DNA of 64,000 bases from contig NC_045696.1 of the NCBI RefSeq assembly GCF_009834535.1, positions 25,732,001 through 25,796,000 of the forward strand, written 5' to 3'. Under the pieces are notes generated by a model. The model saw only the letters and a program-made list of their open reading frames with translations. It made no database searches and was not told where the DNA came from. Position numbers and translations under genes: made by a program. Source of the DNA: Camelus ferus (Eukaryota). Shown piece by piece: positions 1-13,170 of this stretch. Position 1 is the first letter of the stretch; each line of letters opens with the position of its first letter.

Positions 1-456
1 GAACCAGGTTCCTTCTGAGTTATTTTTCTACCATCCTTTAGGGTAATGTCATCTGCATGTTCAAAGCTGAGTTACCTCATATCTGGGTTCCAACTAAAAA
101 GGAGGTAAAGAACATAGTAGAGACATGCATGATCTCTCAAGTCCCAGAGAAGGATATGGCATGTGTTACTTCCACTCATACTCTGTCAGTAAGGACTTGG
201 TCAGACGGCCATATATGACTGCAAGGTAGCAGTAAATGTAGACCAGCTGTGCAGTCATGTGTCTGGCTATAATTCTGTGGATATCAAAGAGGAATACTGC
301 AGATTTTAGGGATGAGCTAACAGTCTCTGCCACACTGGTCTCTTCTCTTTCACACATCCCCAGTTTGTGTGTTTTCATAGTTTTCCAAACTTTATTACTT
401 TCAGCTGCTCCGTTTGTTTCCTTATCCCCCCATCCTGAATATTTTAACTAATTGAA

Positions 457-1137
457 TATATCTGTCAGGGTCCAGTCAAGAGACAGAAGTCACACCAGTA
501 GTTTGAACATAGAAAGTTTAATATTACTATTACCTAGTAGCAGGATATTGACCACTGATGAATAAAGAGAATGCCAAAGAATTCAGAAATAGCAAATACA
601 GAGGCAGCTACCATCTCTAAGGTTGAGGCAGAATATCTGAGGAAGAAACAAACTTAGATTTCCCACCTTCTCCCCCAATGCAGAGATTCAGACTTTGTTG
701 AAGAGGATATGGCAGTAACCACTGGATGGCAGAGTTTGCTGAGGTGTTGCACACCAATGGCAGCTAGTATGAAATGATCTGCCCAGCTCCTACTAACATT
801 TATGAGGAAATGAACCTAACCAAGAACTCACAGAACTCACTAGGCAGCTTCCCTTGGGAGTGCCTGTGAAACTAGCTGGAATATGCATAGTACTAAGATG
901 CCTTCCACTCCACTGGTACTCATGTGCAAGGAAGGATAAAGAATAACAAACTATACCTGAAGCGTGACGAGAACTCTTCCTTCCTTAAATAGGGTCCCCC
1001 CTCCAACACCTTCGACCACAAAGGCTGACTGTCCTCCAAGCTGATAAAGGAGATGTGTTTATAAGATCCAGCTGAGGTGTTATGACATAGGGCAAAGGTG
1101 GATTTGAGCTGGAAGACAATAAATTGTTGCTGGCACA
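457..1137. mobile_element. Ancient LTR (ERVL/MaLR-type solo LTR, subfamily not assigned)
   Basis: Starts TATCTGTCAGGGTCCAGTCAAGAGACAGAAGTCACACCAGTA and ends AATAAATTGTTGCTGGCACA, resembling the termini of old eutherian LTRs. No TSD retained. Confidence 0.6.
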
Positions 1138-1231
1138 GTGGACATGACATGAAATTGTTATATCATTTCCTTGTTGTTTTATCACAATAAAGTTCCTTAT
1201 TTTAGAACTGAATGAGGGAAAATGCCACAGG

Positions 1232-1611
1232 CCACCAACAGTGTCAGAGGATTCCCTTCTTTCCACATTATCTCCAACGCTTGCTACTTCATATTTTTTC
1301 TATAACAGCCATTCTAACAGGTGTGAGGTGACTTCTCATCGTGGTTTTGATTTTCATTTCTCTAACAATCAGTAATATTAAGCGTCTTTTCATTTGTCTT
1401 TTGGCTATCTGTATGTTTTCTTTGGAGAAATGTCCATTCAGATCCTCTGCCCATTTTTTAATCAGATTATTTGTTTTTTTGTTGTTGAGTTATATGAGTT
1501 TTTTATATATTTTGGACATTAACCCCTTATTGGATATATGACTTGCATGAATTTTATCCCAGTGAGTAGGTTTCCTTTTCATTTTGATAATAGTTTCCTT
1601 TGCTGTGCAGA
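1232..1611 (-). mobile_element. LINE-1 fragment (3' part of ORF2, L1M-type)
   Basis: Contains GCCATTCTAACAGGTGTGAGGTG and TCTTTGGAGAAATGTCCATTCAGATCCTCTGCCCATTTTT, typical antisense L1 ORF2 sequence. ORF 1341..1541 is its antisense translation. Confidence 0.93.
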
Positions 1612-3689
1612 GGCAATGTAAACAAACAGAAAGAATCTCAAAAAATAAAACACTAAAGTTACTTGCAATTTATGAATAAAATTCAGTTTGCAAATTTCCC
1701 CGCATGTTTCTTCCAGTGCTGTAATGGCCCTCAACAATTCCTCACCCCTGAACCATGAAGGAAAATTGTGTCAATTGGCTAAACGGTAATAACTATATGA
1801 AGTCCAACTGCATATAATCTTAGCTGTTTTCACACAAGGGAATGTCTGTTCCATAGGATTTCTTGTGACCATCTCCTCAGTGACCCTGTCATTATCAGTG
1901 TGAGTGGTGAGAAAACGAAAACCAAAGCTGAAGATGTGTTCCTAGAGCCATCTGGCTGCTTTGGAAGGTAATTTACTTACCTAAAAATAATCATATGCAT
2001 ATGGACTACCCCCATCCCTCATTGTAACATATCCCTAAAACTGTTAACATTCGTTCTGTTGAGTTTACAAAAACAGCATTTCTCCTGTGCATACTGTTCT
2101 TTTGTTAATATTCACATGAGGTATCTGAGGAAAAGAAACAACTGTCACATATCCTAGGAAGCAGGAAAAATCTGTTGATGAGATTTCTTTAAATCAGAAG
2201 CGTTCTTTTAGGCACATTCAATCAGCGAGTTTGTGTTTTTTCTCTTAAGTAGCTGTTATAGTGTCACATTTTGAAGTAGCAATTTAGAGTTTGATTCCAA
2301 ACTAATTTCTTCATACGCAGAGTTCTGAAAGGTAGATTTCCAATAGGCTATGATCATCTGTGAAAATTTCAGGCTCTGTGTAGCCCAGCCAGCTTTAGAA
2401 ATTTGAATACTTCAAGCATGGCATTACAATTCTCCATGGAGGTAGAATAGTGTAAGGCACACCCTAGGCCCTCATATATCATCCTTTTGTTGTTTGGTTG
2501 AATAACAATGAAGACGGTTTAAGGTTGTGGGTGCAACGCTGTGTCTGCCGGTTCAGTGATATGATTGTAGTAGTCATACCAGATTTCCTTCAGGTAATCA
2601 GAGGATAAAGTAATTTATTATTATGTCATCCATCTTTATACTGTGAAATGCTGATGGTGAAGGTGGAGGTAATTCCCATGCACACCAGCTATGGTCTTCA
2701 GCTTGAATGGTAGACCCAGAGTCATACGGGCATGCTTCACAGGGCTGGATATATGGAGGACCACCCGTGAGTAAAGTCCTGCTTTTGTATAGGCTCACTC
2801 TTGAATCTCTTAAGACTGAAGATATATGACACATTAAATACCTAGCATATTGCCTGTATTCCAAAATATAAGCTAGCTCTCTGTTAGTAAAATTGGTTTA
2901 AAAAGGAAACTATTGATTTTATGCTAGTCTCCATAATTTTACCTGACTTCCTCATACCCTAAATTATAAAGATGATGCTCCTTTACATCTTTAACTTGTC
3001 AAAGTGTTTTCAAATAGCCTAGAAGTAAGAGCAAAGTGGAGAAACAGCTGTCCCTTGTTATTTTGTTTCCTGAATACAAATAGTCTTAAATTGCTGTAAA
3101 TGGAGAGGCTGGAATGAATTCAAACACTGCTTGTTTAAATACACTCAGCCTGATGTTTGTGTCTTGGAACCTTCGGAGAGGGCAGCACTGGAAAATGCTC
3201 CACATTAACTTGTCATATGTGACAATATACGGTTATTGCTTCTCTTTTGTTTGTTAGGTAGGGCTGCTTTGGAATCATTCAGAAATTTTTGTGACAGTAA
3301 ATCACAAGAGATTTGAACTAAGATACCTGAACAGCAGCATTCACTCCTGAGGCATTTGGTGTGATTTTAATTTTAACTTCTCTTAGGAAAACAAAAGTCC
3401 TTTTGGACTTAACACAATTGACTGAGTTCAGACGGGCATTTTGGATTTTTATAGTACATCAGGAATGAATGGATGGATACATCTAGTCTTTGCTTTTTCC
3501 TTCTGGCTTCTGATCGCTTGCTATTTGAGATGACAGTCTATATGTAAAAGGCCAAAAGAAAGTGATTTGTTTGTTTTCTTTCCATAACCCATTAGTTTAA
3601 GGAAAGCTCTACTCCCAGGATGTTCTTAAGTAGAGTCTGATCCAACAGCTTTATTGACTATGTGGGATCTGAAAGATTGTTTAATGAAT

Positions 3690-3810
3690 ACTTTCTTCTA
3701 TATTTGAGGAAACAGCAGCACAGAACATTTAAGAAGCTTGCCAAGGTCACATTTCCTGGAACAGTCACAAGTAATTTCTTGGTGTTCAGACTCACAGTCC
3801 AGTAGTTTTA
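3690..3810 (-). mobile_element. MIR SINE fragment
   Basis: GAGGAAACAGCAGCACAGA...CTTGCCAAGGTCACA is the reverse-complement MIR core. Confidence 0.65.
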
Positions 3811-4299
3811 TCATAAAACCATTTTCACAATTCAGCTTAAGGATTCTCCCTGACTAGGGTGCTTACTCTGCAGAAAAAGTCTTTCAGTAATTTCCTCCAA
3901 ATTGACTATTACACTATTTCATAATACTTCAGATTATTTTTCTGTTGGTCTTACCTACAAACTCACTCCCTAACTCATGACATGGGAGCTTAGGAAAAAC
4001 ATCATTATGGTTAGCCTTTTGAAGTTAAAACTGCTGTGGTTTGATGACCTCCCAGATTACTGAAAGATGAGAAAGTGACAGCACCAACCAAGCAGAAAAG
4101 AGGTAAAAGATGGAGAACCATTAAGAAATTAGACTTGTTTATTGGAAAAATTAGTAATAAACGTGAGTAAAAGATCTTAACCTCAAGAATTGTAGGCAGA
4201 AGATAAGAATCAAGTGTTCTCTAACTCCACCACAGATCTAGAAATAAAATTATGTCGTTAGACATGGTCACAGACTGTATTTAAAGCAACATCCTGCAT

Positions 4300-4470
4300 G
4301 CAATATTGAGAAACCTGAGTTCATGTCTTGGCCTTGCTTTGTACCTTTGGATAAATTGGTGAACCTCTGTGAGTCTCAGTTTCTACTTCACTATGAGGAC
4401 TAAATGAAATAATATCAAAGGTCCCTATTTAGTACAAGGCTGGCACATGGTAGATGCTCAACAAAAGATT
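4300..4470 (+). mobile_element. MIR SINE fragment
   Basis: AACCTCTGTGAGTCTCAGTTTCT core and CTGGCACATGGTAGATGCTCAA tail. Confidence 0.65.
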
Positions 4471-5249
4471 TCTATTTTTATTTTATTTTATTTATAAATT
4501 ATTATTTATATTATAAACATGAAATATATAAACATTGAATTGATATATCATTTTAATTAATTTAATTAGTTTAATATTTAATTCATATTACTTTCCCATA
4601 TAGGCAGTATATATGTAACTATACATATGTAATTATTTTTTATTTACGCTTAGCACAAAATTAATGCTTACTGTACAGTAAGGAAAGACAACTCCAGAAA
4701 ACTTACTAGTGAGCAAAAATGAGTAGAGCATAAGGTGAGCATTAGTGAAACTCAGGAGACATGTTTGAAAATTCAGTCATAAATTAGGTTCTTAGAAGCA
4801 CTCTCCCATTATTAGGTAATAATTTTCTCAGCTCTTTTAAACATCATAAAATATTTACTTTCACAGTAAAAATCCATGTCATGAGGACATCTGTTTCCAT
4901 ATATCTGACATAAAATATATCTAAGTACATCTGATCACCTTGATATTCTTATCATCCCTTATGCCCTGTGTTGCTCATGATTCTTGTGTAGTCCAACAGC
5001 TTTTCAATAAAGCTTTCCATCCCTCTGAAAATATAGAACTTTTTATACGTCTTCTCATAGAGAAAAAAAATTATCTTTTCATTTTTTTTTACAATTCATT
5101 GCCCTTGAGCCTCTTCCTTTCGTGTTTTTCTGGGCTATATTCAAAAATAATTTTTTTGCCCTTAAATACATTCCACAGTTCAGCATCCTCTCTTTCTATT
5201 TCTACTTCACCCACAAATAGCCTGATTCCTTCCACTCCTGGTAAAAGAC

Positions 5250-6750
5250 CATGTCTTAATTCTGCCTTCTCAAATCACCTACCCTTTGTTTTCTTCCTCT
5301 AACCTTCAAAATTCCTGTAGTCTGTATTTGCAGTTTCATCTTCTTCACATTTTATAGGCAGCCAACTCTCATCTTTTTTCCTCTCACTACAGTGCTCAAG
5401 CAGGTCCTCTCAAAAACATTAGTAATTGCTAAACCCAGTAGAGTCTTCTCAGACTTTATCTTAGTTGATCTTCATGCAACATTTAATGGCATCTCTCTTC
5501 TTTCTACAGGCTCCTCTGCATGACTCTCCCTGTTCTTTTTCCTCATTCTCCTCCTACATGGAATTCCTGTCTTGGCTCCTTCTCAGATTCTTTACCCTCC
5601 ACCACCTTTAGATACTATGTTTTCTAAGGAACCATCCCCAGTCATTTTTTCTTTTCAAGTATAATGAGGAACTTTAACAGATACTTCTTCATTCCTGGCC
5701 TCTCTTGTCTGAAGTCTCAGCCCAGATTTTTTCTGTGGTTCCCAAAAAACACTTTCCAGAACATATACAGCTCAATCTGTTTTCTTATGCATGTTCTTCC
5801 TTCAGTACAACCATCCCTTGGCATCTATGGGTGATAGGTTCTGAGACTCTCATGGATACAAAATCTACAGGTGCTCAAGCCCCTTATATAAAATAACATG
5901 ATCTACTACACACATCTTCCCGTACACTTTAAATCATCTCTAGATTACTTATAATACCTAATGCAGTGCAAATGTCATGTAAGTAGTTGTGACTATACTA
6001 TAAATGCTATGCAGATAGTTGTGGGTGCATGGCAAATTTAAGTTCTTTTTAAAATTTTTGGAATTTTTAAAAAATATTTTCTATCAGTTGTTAGTTGAAT
6101 CTAAGGATGCAGAACTCAGGGATAAACAGAGGACCAACTATATTCACTTTCTTGATGATTACAAGAAATATTTGCATATTTATGGACCTTGATCACTGTA
6201 ATATTCATTTTTTCCCTCATTCTCACAACTTACTAGCCTCTATCACTTCCCATCAGTGTTACCTCAGAAATATGTTACACATGTTACACGTGTTCCCTGG
6301 ATTCAACTTTTACTGATATTGTTCTAATTCCTTTGCAGAAGATTCTCCCTTTTCAAGTTATTGGTTGTTTTTTTTCTTTTCTAATCCAGCTTTCATAACT
6401 CCAACAGGATATCTTCTTTGTAGCAGAATCTAATAAAATGTTCTACTCAAAAAACAATTTTTGCTTTATACTGTTTACATAAGAAAATGAAATATTTTTA
6501 GCATTTTCTACAATCTGAACTTCACCATATCCTAAGTACCTCAGGCTGTCCAAGAATTTTCACGAAATTTCTCTCCATCATGACTTACTCTTGCTGTTTC
6601 CTTTTTCCACTTATTTATTCTATTCATACTTCAAAACTACAGGTAAAAACAAAAAATCTCACCATGGCATACCCTAACTAGACTTACTTACATTATCTTA
6701 TAGTCATTAACCTTCCAAACATTCACTACAATGCACTTGAGTCTTCTTCA
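5250..6750 (+). mobile_element. Degenerate L2 LINE interrupted by a MER2 element
   Basis: Pyrimidine-rich. TTGCTAAACCCAGTAG...TTCTCAGACTTTATCTTAGTTGATCTTCATGCAACATTTAA resembles the L2 ORF2 3' region. Ends are fuzzy. Confidence 0.55.
5808..6140 (+). mobile_element. MER2/MER2B non-autonomous TcMar-Tigger DNA transposon
   Basis: Contains TTTAAATCATCTCTAGATTACTTATAATACCTAAT and TGCTCAAGCCCCTTATATAAAAT, has degenerate TIRs, and is flanked by TA at 5806-5807 and 6141-6142. Confidence 0.9.
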
Positions 6751-8029
6751 ATAGATCTTGCACCCAGTTACTACAGGGTATGATAAAATAATGCCTAGAG
6801 ATATGGTGTACATCTAGAAGCATCCTATCCTGGGACAAAAATATACTAGAAAGTTCGTCAGAACTTGGGGGAGGGGATTGTTTTATTGTTTCATTTTATT
6901 TCTTAAATCTTGAGCTTTCTCTCCATGATGCTTAGGGATATAATGAAATAAATAATTTCAAATTAAAAATACATAATTTTGTAATATAAGTCCAATTATC
7001 TATTTAAAGAATTTTGAAAACACACTTGCTGATTTTAACAAATCTACAGGGCAGGCTTAGCACATAAACAATATGGATTGTTGTGAAAAATCTACTAGAG
7101 TATAGAAAGGTGTGAATTCGTTTAGGGTTATATTTTTAGACATAACATTACATGAACTGTTTCTTTAAAGTGAAAAAAAATTAGGCCTAGTTTTTAAGTT
7201 TCTTTAAAATTATCTATAATATTAAATACATCCACCTTTCCTGAAGACTCAACTTGTGACAAATTATTGCAACCATTTGTGCCTGTTTCACATTTATAAA
7301 TGTCTGTTTCCTGTTTTCAGTAATTTGTTTCCCTTTTTAGCACACATTTCTGTAAATAAAACATATTACTGTCTTCTCAAATTATTCTCTTTAAGCATCA
7401 CAAACAAGAACTGTTGTCAGAATGCTTTGAAATATATTTAATAGAAATTCGAACAGAAATTTCCTTAAACTTTTTAGAAGACTTTTCGGACCATGTACCT
7501 AAGAAATGGATTTGTGTTGGCAAAATTAGCTAAAATTTGTGCTGAATGGGTCAGCTCAGAACCAGCTTTGTGGCTAGGGGAATACCATGTGCTCACTGTC
7601 TTAAGGCCACGATTACTGGAATTTACCAGAATAGGAAAGAATACTTATTGTTTAGACCAGTCAAAGCAATCCATGAAATAGAAAGAGACGGGAGAAATCA
7701 ATCTCTTTCAAATTACAGGATTGCTATCCATGGGGGAAGGGTGAAATGGATTAAATGAATGTTGGGAAGACAAGTAAAATGACCACCAGTAAGATTAATT
7801 AATAACTTTGACTTCATTTAATGCTTTCACTCTGCAGTGTTCTACATAAGACTGTGAAGAAATTTAACACAAATCAACGATTTAATTAAAGTACTTCCAT
7901 GCTATATCCAAAGAAGGGAAAGCTTATTGAACTAATTTTCAATTTAATGTATCTCTAAATAAGCACAGAGTTTGAGGACTGTTGGGTACTAAGCCAGACT
8001 ATTTCCTGCTCTCTGTTAAAATCAATATG

Positions 8030-8350
8030 AAGTTATAGCACACTTATTAATGACAAGGATTACAGAATTTATACAAGCCTTTGTCTGTGCCCTCAAGAAA
8101 CTAACAACTTTGTGGAGACAGTACCTAAACATGTAAAACAATTGAGGAATGACACCATTTAATGCCCTGTAAATTGCAATGGAGAATAGAATCATGATAC
8201 AGAATAAATGCTCCCTGAAGAAAGGGAAGTATCTTTGTTGACTAGAAGTATTCGAATAGGCTTCTAGAAACAGTTGGGAATTGAGGTGATTCTCTAAGGT
8301 TGGTACAATTTGGATAAGTAGAAAAAGGCACTAAAATCCATTCAAGGTAA
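8030..8350 (-). mobile_element. L2 3'-end fragment
   Basis: TGCCCTCAAGAAACTAACA...GGCTTCTAGAAACAGTTGGGAATTGAG resembles the antisense L2 3' end. Confidence 0.5.
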
Positions 8351-9453
8351 AGAAAACAAGATAAGCAAGTACAAATGGTTTTGGAAAACATTCACCAGGT
8401 GTGAGCGTGTCGGGGATTGGGGGAGCTTGGGACAGGTAGGCGACAAAGAACAAGGAAGTCTGCCTGAGAGACACATCCTTGTTTGAGATTAACATTAGAG
8501 GGCATTTTATAGTTAAGGTGAAGATAGAGTCTACCTATAAGTCTAGCATAAGGACAGGTTTCAGAACTAAAAATTGGTTGTCCTTCATTTGAGGGAAAAC
8601 ATGGTCAAAGCAGTAGTTTTTAAAAATTTATCTTAGACCCAAACAAATTCAGACACAGTGAGAACCAAGAGATAGGCAAAGATTCAATTTTGGGGAGAAA
8701 GCACATGCTTCTGAAATCCAGCGTGACAGGAGAGGGTAAATGCAAGTGTCTTAGCCAAACTCAGTTTCAAGTCAAGAAGTGCAGAAATGACATTAGGACC
8801 TTTTAACTCTTACAAGGTATGGGACCTTGAACAAGGGAATTTACCTCTTGACATTTCAGTTCCCTCATTTACAGAATGAAGGTGGTGGGTTTCAAATCCT
8901 TATTAGGTCTGAATATATAGTCTGCAGATGGCAAATATGTCAACAAAATAATTTCCTTTACCATCCTCTTTTGCTCACTGTGAAAGAGGTGGGAAAGGTT
9001 ATGGGAACACCCATGTGTCACTCCCCCTTCAAAAAAATTGATTAGTATGTAGTAATATATGATTACCACCAGGTGTCAGATATTTTAGCAAATGTGCAAC
9101 ATTTTGAGAGATATTAAAGTTTGATGGTGTTTTTTCTGGGAATTATGAAGAAATAAACCATTTAGAAGACATAATGTCATATGGAAACATGAGGATATAA
9201 AAAAGTCTATACTTTTCATACAGACTTTGATATTATATGGATATATTTAATAGAGATGTCAACTATACTTTGACATGCTAGTGGGAATATACCAAAGTGA
9301 ACTCTCAAAGAAATTTATCTGTATTCTACAACTGCACATAAAAACCTCCAAATACTCACTGTCCTGTTTTCTTATCCCCTATCCATTTCTTCCTCTCCCT
9401 TATTTTCCCCTCCCCTCCCTCCTTCCCTTTCCTCCTCTTTCTGTTGCACAGTT

Positions 9454-9706
9454 GATTTGCAGATACTAACTAATATATATAAAATAAATTTAAAAAAATT
9501 TCATACTGTATAGCACAAGGAACTATATTCAATTTCTTGTAGTAACTTATGGTGAAAAAGAATATGAAAACAAATATATGTATGTTCATGTATGACTGAA
9601 GCATTAGGCTGTACACCAGAAAATTGACATAACATTGTAAACTGACTATACTTCAATAAAAATAGATATATACACAAAAAAACAAAAAACATTAAAGAAA
9701 AGAAAA
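9454..9706 (+). mobile_element. Young LINE-1 3' UTR with A-rich tail (cetartiodactyl, camelid-like)
   Basis: ACTGTATAGCACAAGGAACTATATTCAA...GCTGTACACCAGAAATTGACATAACATTGTAAACTGACTATACTTCAATAAAA. Aligns by eye to 46976-47175. Confidence 0.93.
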
Positions 9707-10620
9707 TACACACACAGACACATCCACTCTAAAGGAAACATAATTTTCAAGTCTACCTCTTTCAGTTAATTGAAAGTACCTACTATGTTCTTGCTCTGGC
9801 TAGATTTAAGTCTCCAAAGGTAGCATCATCGTTCCCTATTGTTTTCTTGATAGTACAGACATCCGAACACCTACTGGTTATTTTCTTATGGAATTTATCT
9901 AGACTTAATTCAGTTTACATTGTTTATTATATCACCCTCCTGAATGAGAAAATATGTATATATATGTAAATACATGTAATCTCTTCATTGATCAAAGCAT
10001 TCCATTCTTCAAATTCTTGAGGCTATCCAAATTGTCAAATATATCAAATGTGTTTAGATTTGTTGTGATTGTTTACAGAATTCTTGTAAGCCAAAAACTT
10101 GAAAATACCTTTTAAAATCTACTAGAAAAATTCAACTATATGTGCTTTCACAATTTTATAAAAGCAAAAGAAATTATATCTTATAAACAATAAGAAACAA
10201 TTTTTACAGTGATTATATATATATACAGTGTAAACTATTATCCTCTTAACTGAATGTTTTGTTCATTACTTTTAAACTACGTGTTAATTTGTTAGTTTAC
10301 TTATTTAGATTCTTAAATTAAAAAAATTAAAACCTTTGGATGAAGAAAATACTGATTTTTTTTTACTAGGTTTAAGTAATAATTCATGAGTTAATAGTGC
10401 TCAGGAAACTTACTGAATATTAGCACTACATAGCAGTAATTGATATAAAATCTGAACAGAAGGCATCTAATCATGGATTTAGTGCTGAAAAAAGGCCCCA
10501 TAGAGGACTCTTGGAATTAATTTGGGCTTTGAAAATAGGTAAGGTTCAAATAAGAGGGAAAAAGGAAGTTAGGAAGGGATGGTTACTAGGTGTTCCATTT
10601 ACGGAGGTGAAGATAGATAA

Positions 10621-10657
10621 ACACACACTCACACACACACACTCACACACACACACA
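10621..10657. repeat. Interrupted (CA)n microsatellite
   Basis: Read directly from the sequence. Confidence 0.95.
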
Positions 10658-12549
10658 GTCATGCATGAATAAGTCAGTCCACCTCAAGTTAAGCATTTGT
10701 TTGGGTATAAACTGGCAATGTTGGAGTGTAAAATTGAGCCAGATTCTAAATGATTGATATTTTATTCTGTAAACAATCATATTAATCGAAAATTTTAAAG
10801 TAGGAAGATGTCATCATGCACAGTTCCTGAGTTAGAAGCATCCAGAGTTCTTTGATTAAAGGCTTGCTAAAATAAGCCAAATAAAATACCATAATTATAG
10901 TCTGAGCTCAAATATTCCAAGAGAAGTCAGGAGACAAAGGAGCAGGGTTTGGGTAGCCCCAGGTAAAGGAGGGGTATGAATTGTAGATTACTCATAATAA
11001 GTATGTTTGTTGAGATCCGTTTTTTGTTTGGGGCCTTTTTAATTAAGGAAAGACTCCCAACTAACTTTATGACACACCCTCAAGATTCTAAGTCCCTGAA
11101 GGGAATGTCTGAGGGCCAAATATAAGCCACGTGTCCACTCCCTTACAAAACCATGCAGTGAGTAGAGGGCTCTGATCCTTTCTGTTGATAGTAGTAAAAG
11201 GGAGACACCTGGATTTCCACAGTACCAAGACTGCACACAGAAGGTAGAGCTAATTCTCCAAACAGAAATAGGAATGTAGGTAGGAACAAAGGAGAGATGA
11301 TGTTCACCAGGTGTCCAAAAAAAGAGAGAAATGCCCACAGTATAGTGAAAACAACTCTTTAGAGAACTAAAATCTCATGGCACTGTGCAAGAGCCATCAC
11401 ATCAGAGAAGAACCAGATAGAAGCAGTTACAGACTTGTACTACCCCAGGTATGTGGTAATCATGTTTTGGATTCAAGGACACATGTGGCTCCAGATGACT
11501 GACAGAGTTTCTGATTGTCATACACAGATTTTAATATTCCACTGTGCACCTGAACAGGGTTCCTCTGCTTTTTTTTTCAGTGTCCCTAAATTTTGGTCTT
11601 TGTAATTTATGTAAGCTAATACCACGAATATAAAAGAGGAATCAAAATGGAATATATGGAATGCATATTTTTAGAAAAAACCATGAACTAAACTGACCAA
11701 CATTCATGGTAATTTGTTTGGGTGAAGGCTGGTAAATTGCCTCTTTTTTAAGAGGGAACATTAACAGTTCTGACATCCATCTTCTCTTTTTACTGTACAT
11801 GTAATAAATCCAATTTCATCAGCCTGAAAATTACTAATAAAACATAATTAGTAGCTTTGTACAAGGCACCACTGTTGGGAACATGTAACAGAAAGGGCTA
11901 TTGGTGCTTTGTTTTGTTTGTTCATGCCACCTAATTCAGCACATATGAGAAAAGGGAGTATTTATTAGGCATTTCTAAATATTCAAGAAAGAAGGACAGC
12001 TTTCATACCTAAATCTAAAAAGATTTTCTCAAGGAGAATTAAAAGTACAATTTAATAGGAATCTGAGTCTGGCAGCTAGTTGAAGGAGAAATTGTCTATT
12101 TGCTGCAGCTGATGCCTATCAGACTCCAAGGCACAGTATGTACCAGCTGAAGTCTGTCAACAGGGAGACCAGCATAAGGGCAACATGATAGTCAAAACAG
12201 GATGAAACCATAGTCTAAACAAGATGACATGAGCATTTGTGCAATTAACAGCATCAGCAAAAGGGAAGCTGTGTTTGGAATATTCTGCCAGGAATCCAAA
12301 GAAGGCAAAATGCTTATTTTGCCGCAATAGTGTTATGTTATATCTGGCTAAATAGTATCAAAGGCATGACGGAAAACACTGCATAGACAGTAGTAAAAGA
12401 TAGAACAGAAGCTGATGACAGAGTCGTAAGATTGAAAACCTTACCACACTGTTGCTACTGTAAGCAAAGCCCACCTCAAAACTAACGTTCATTCCATTAC
12501 TCATCTGGGGTTATGCGTATTCCCTGCAATTATGGCTATATCCAGGGAC

Positions 12550-13170
12550 TAGGTGTTGGTTGCTAACTTTGCACCAGGCATTGTGTGTGGTTTTCAATAT
12601 TCATTATGTGGTTCAATTTTTAAAACAAGTATGTGTGGTCTGCATTATTAATCCCTTTTAACAGATGATGATAACCCCAGGGGACAGTTTTGTACTTCAC
12701 TACAGCCGGAAGGACCAGGAATACTGAGGTTAGACAGCTCTAAACTGAAATACCAGTTCTTCTGATAGTAAATTCTAGGGACTTCAGGCAAACCACTTCA
12801 TTTTTCTGGACTTGATTATTCTTAAGTAAATAGAAACTTCAGACACGTACAAGGATTGAATGAGATTATTTATTGCTTTTCACACAATACTTGAGATAAA
12901 GTAGGTATTCAATCAATGGTGGAATCAATATTATTACTGTTGTTATTAGGAGTAACATGGTGAAAGATATGATGTTCACAGAAACTCAGATTATTGAGTA
13001 CTAATATTTTAAGCTAATAATTTTGGGTTGCTAACCATGGGCAGACACAGTGCTAAGGCTCTTCCATGCATTACTTATTTCTTTGTCCCAGCTCTCTCTC
13101 TATATATGAGTTACTATCCCCACTGAACTAAAGGGGCAGAGGCTCATGGAGGTTTTGGTCACACAGGTAA
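12550..13170. mobile_element. Cluster of about three MIR fragments in mixed orientation
   Basis: CCCTTTTAACAGATGA (-), AGGATTGAATGAGAT...GTAGGTATTCAAT (+), GGCAGACACAGTGCTAAG...GAGGCTCATGGAGGTT (-). Confidence 0.65.
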
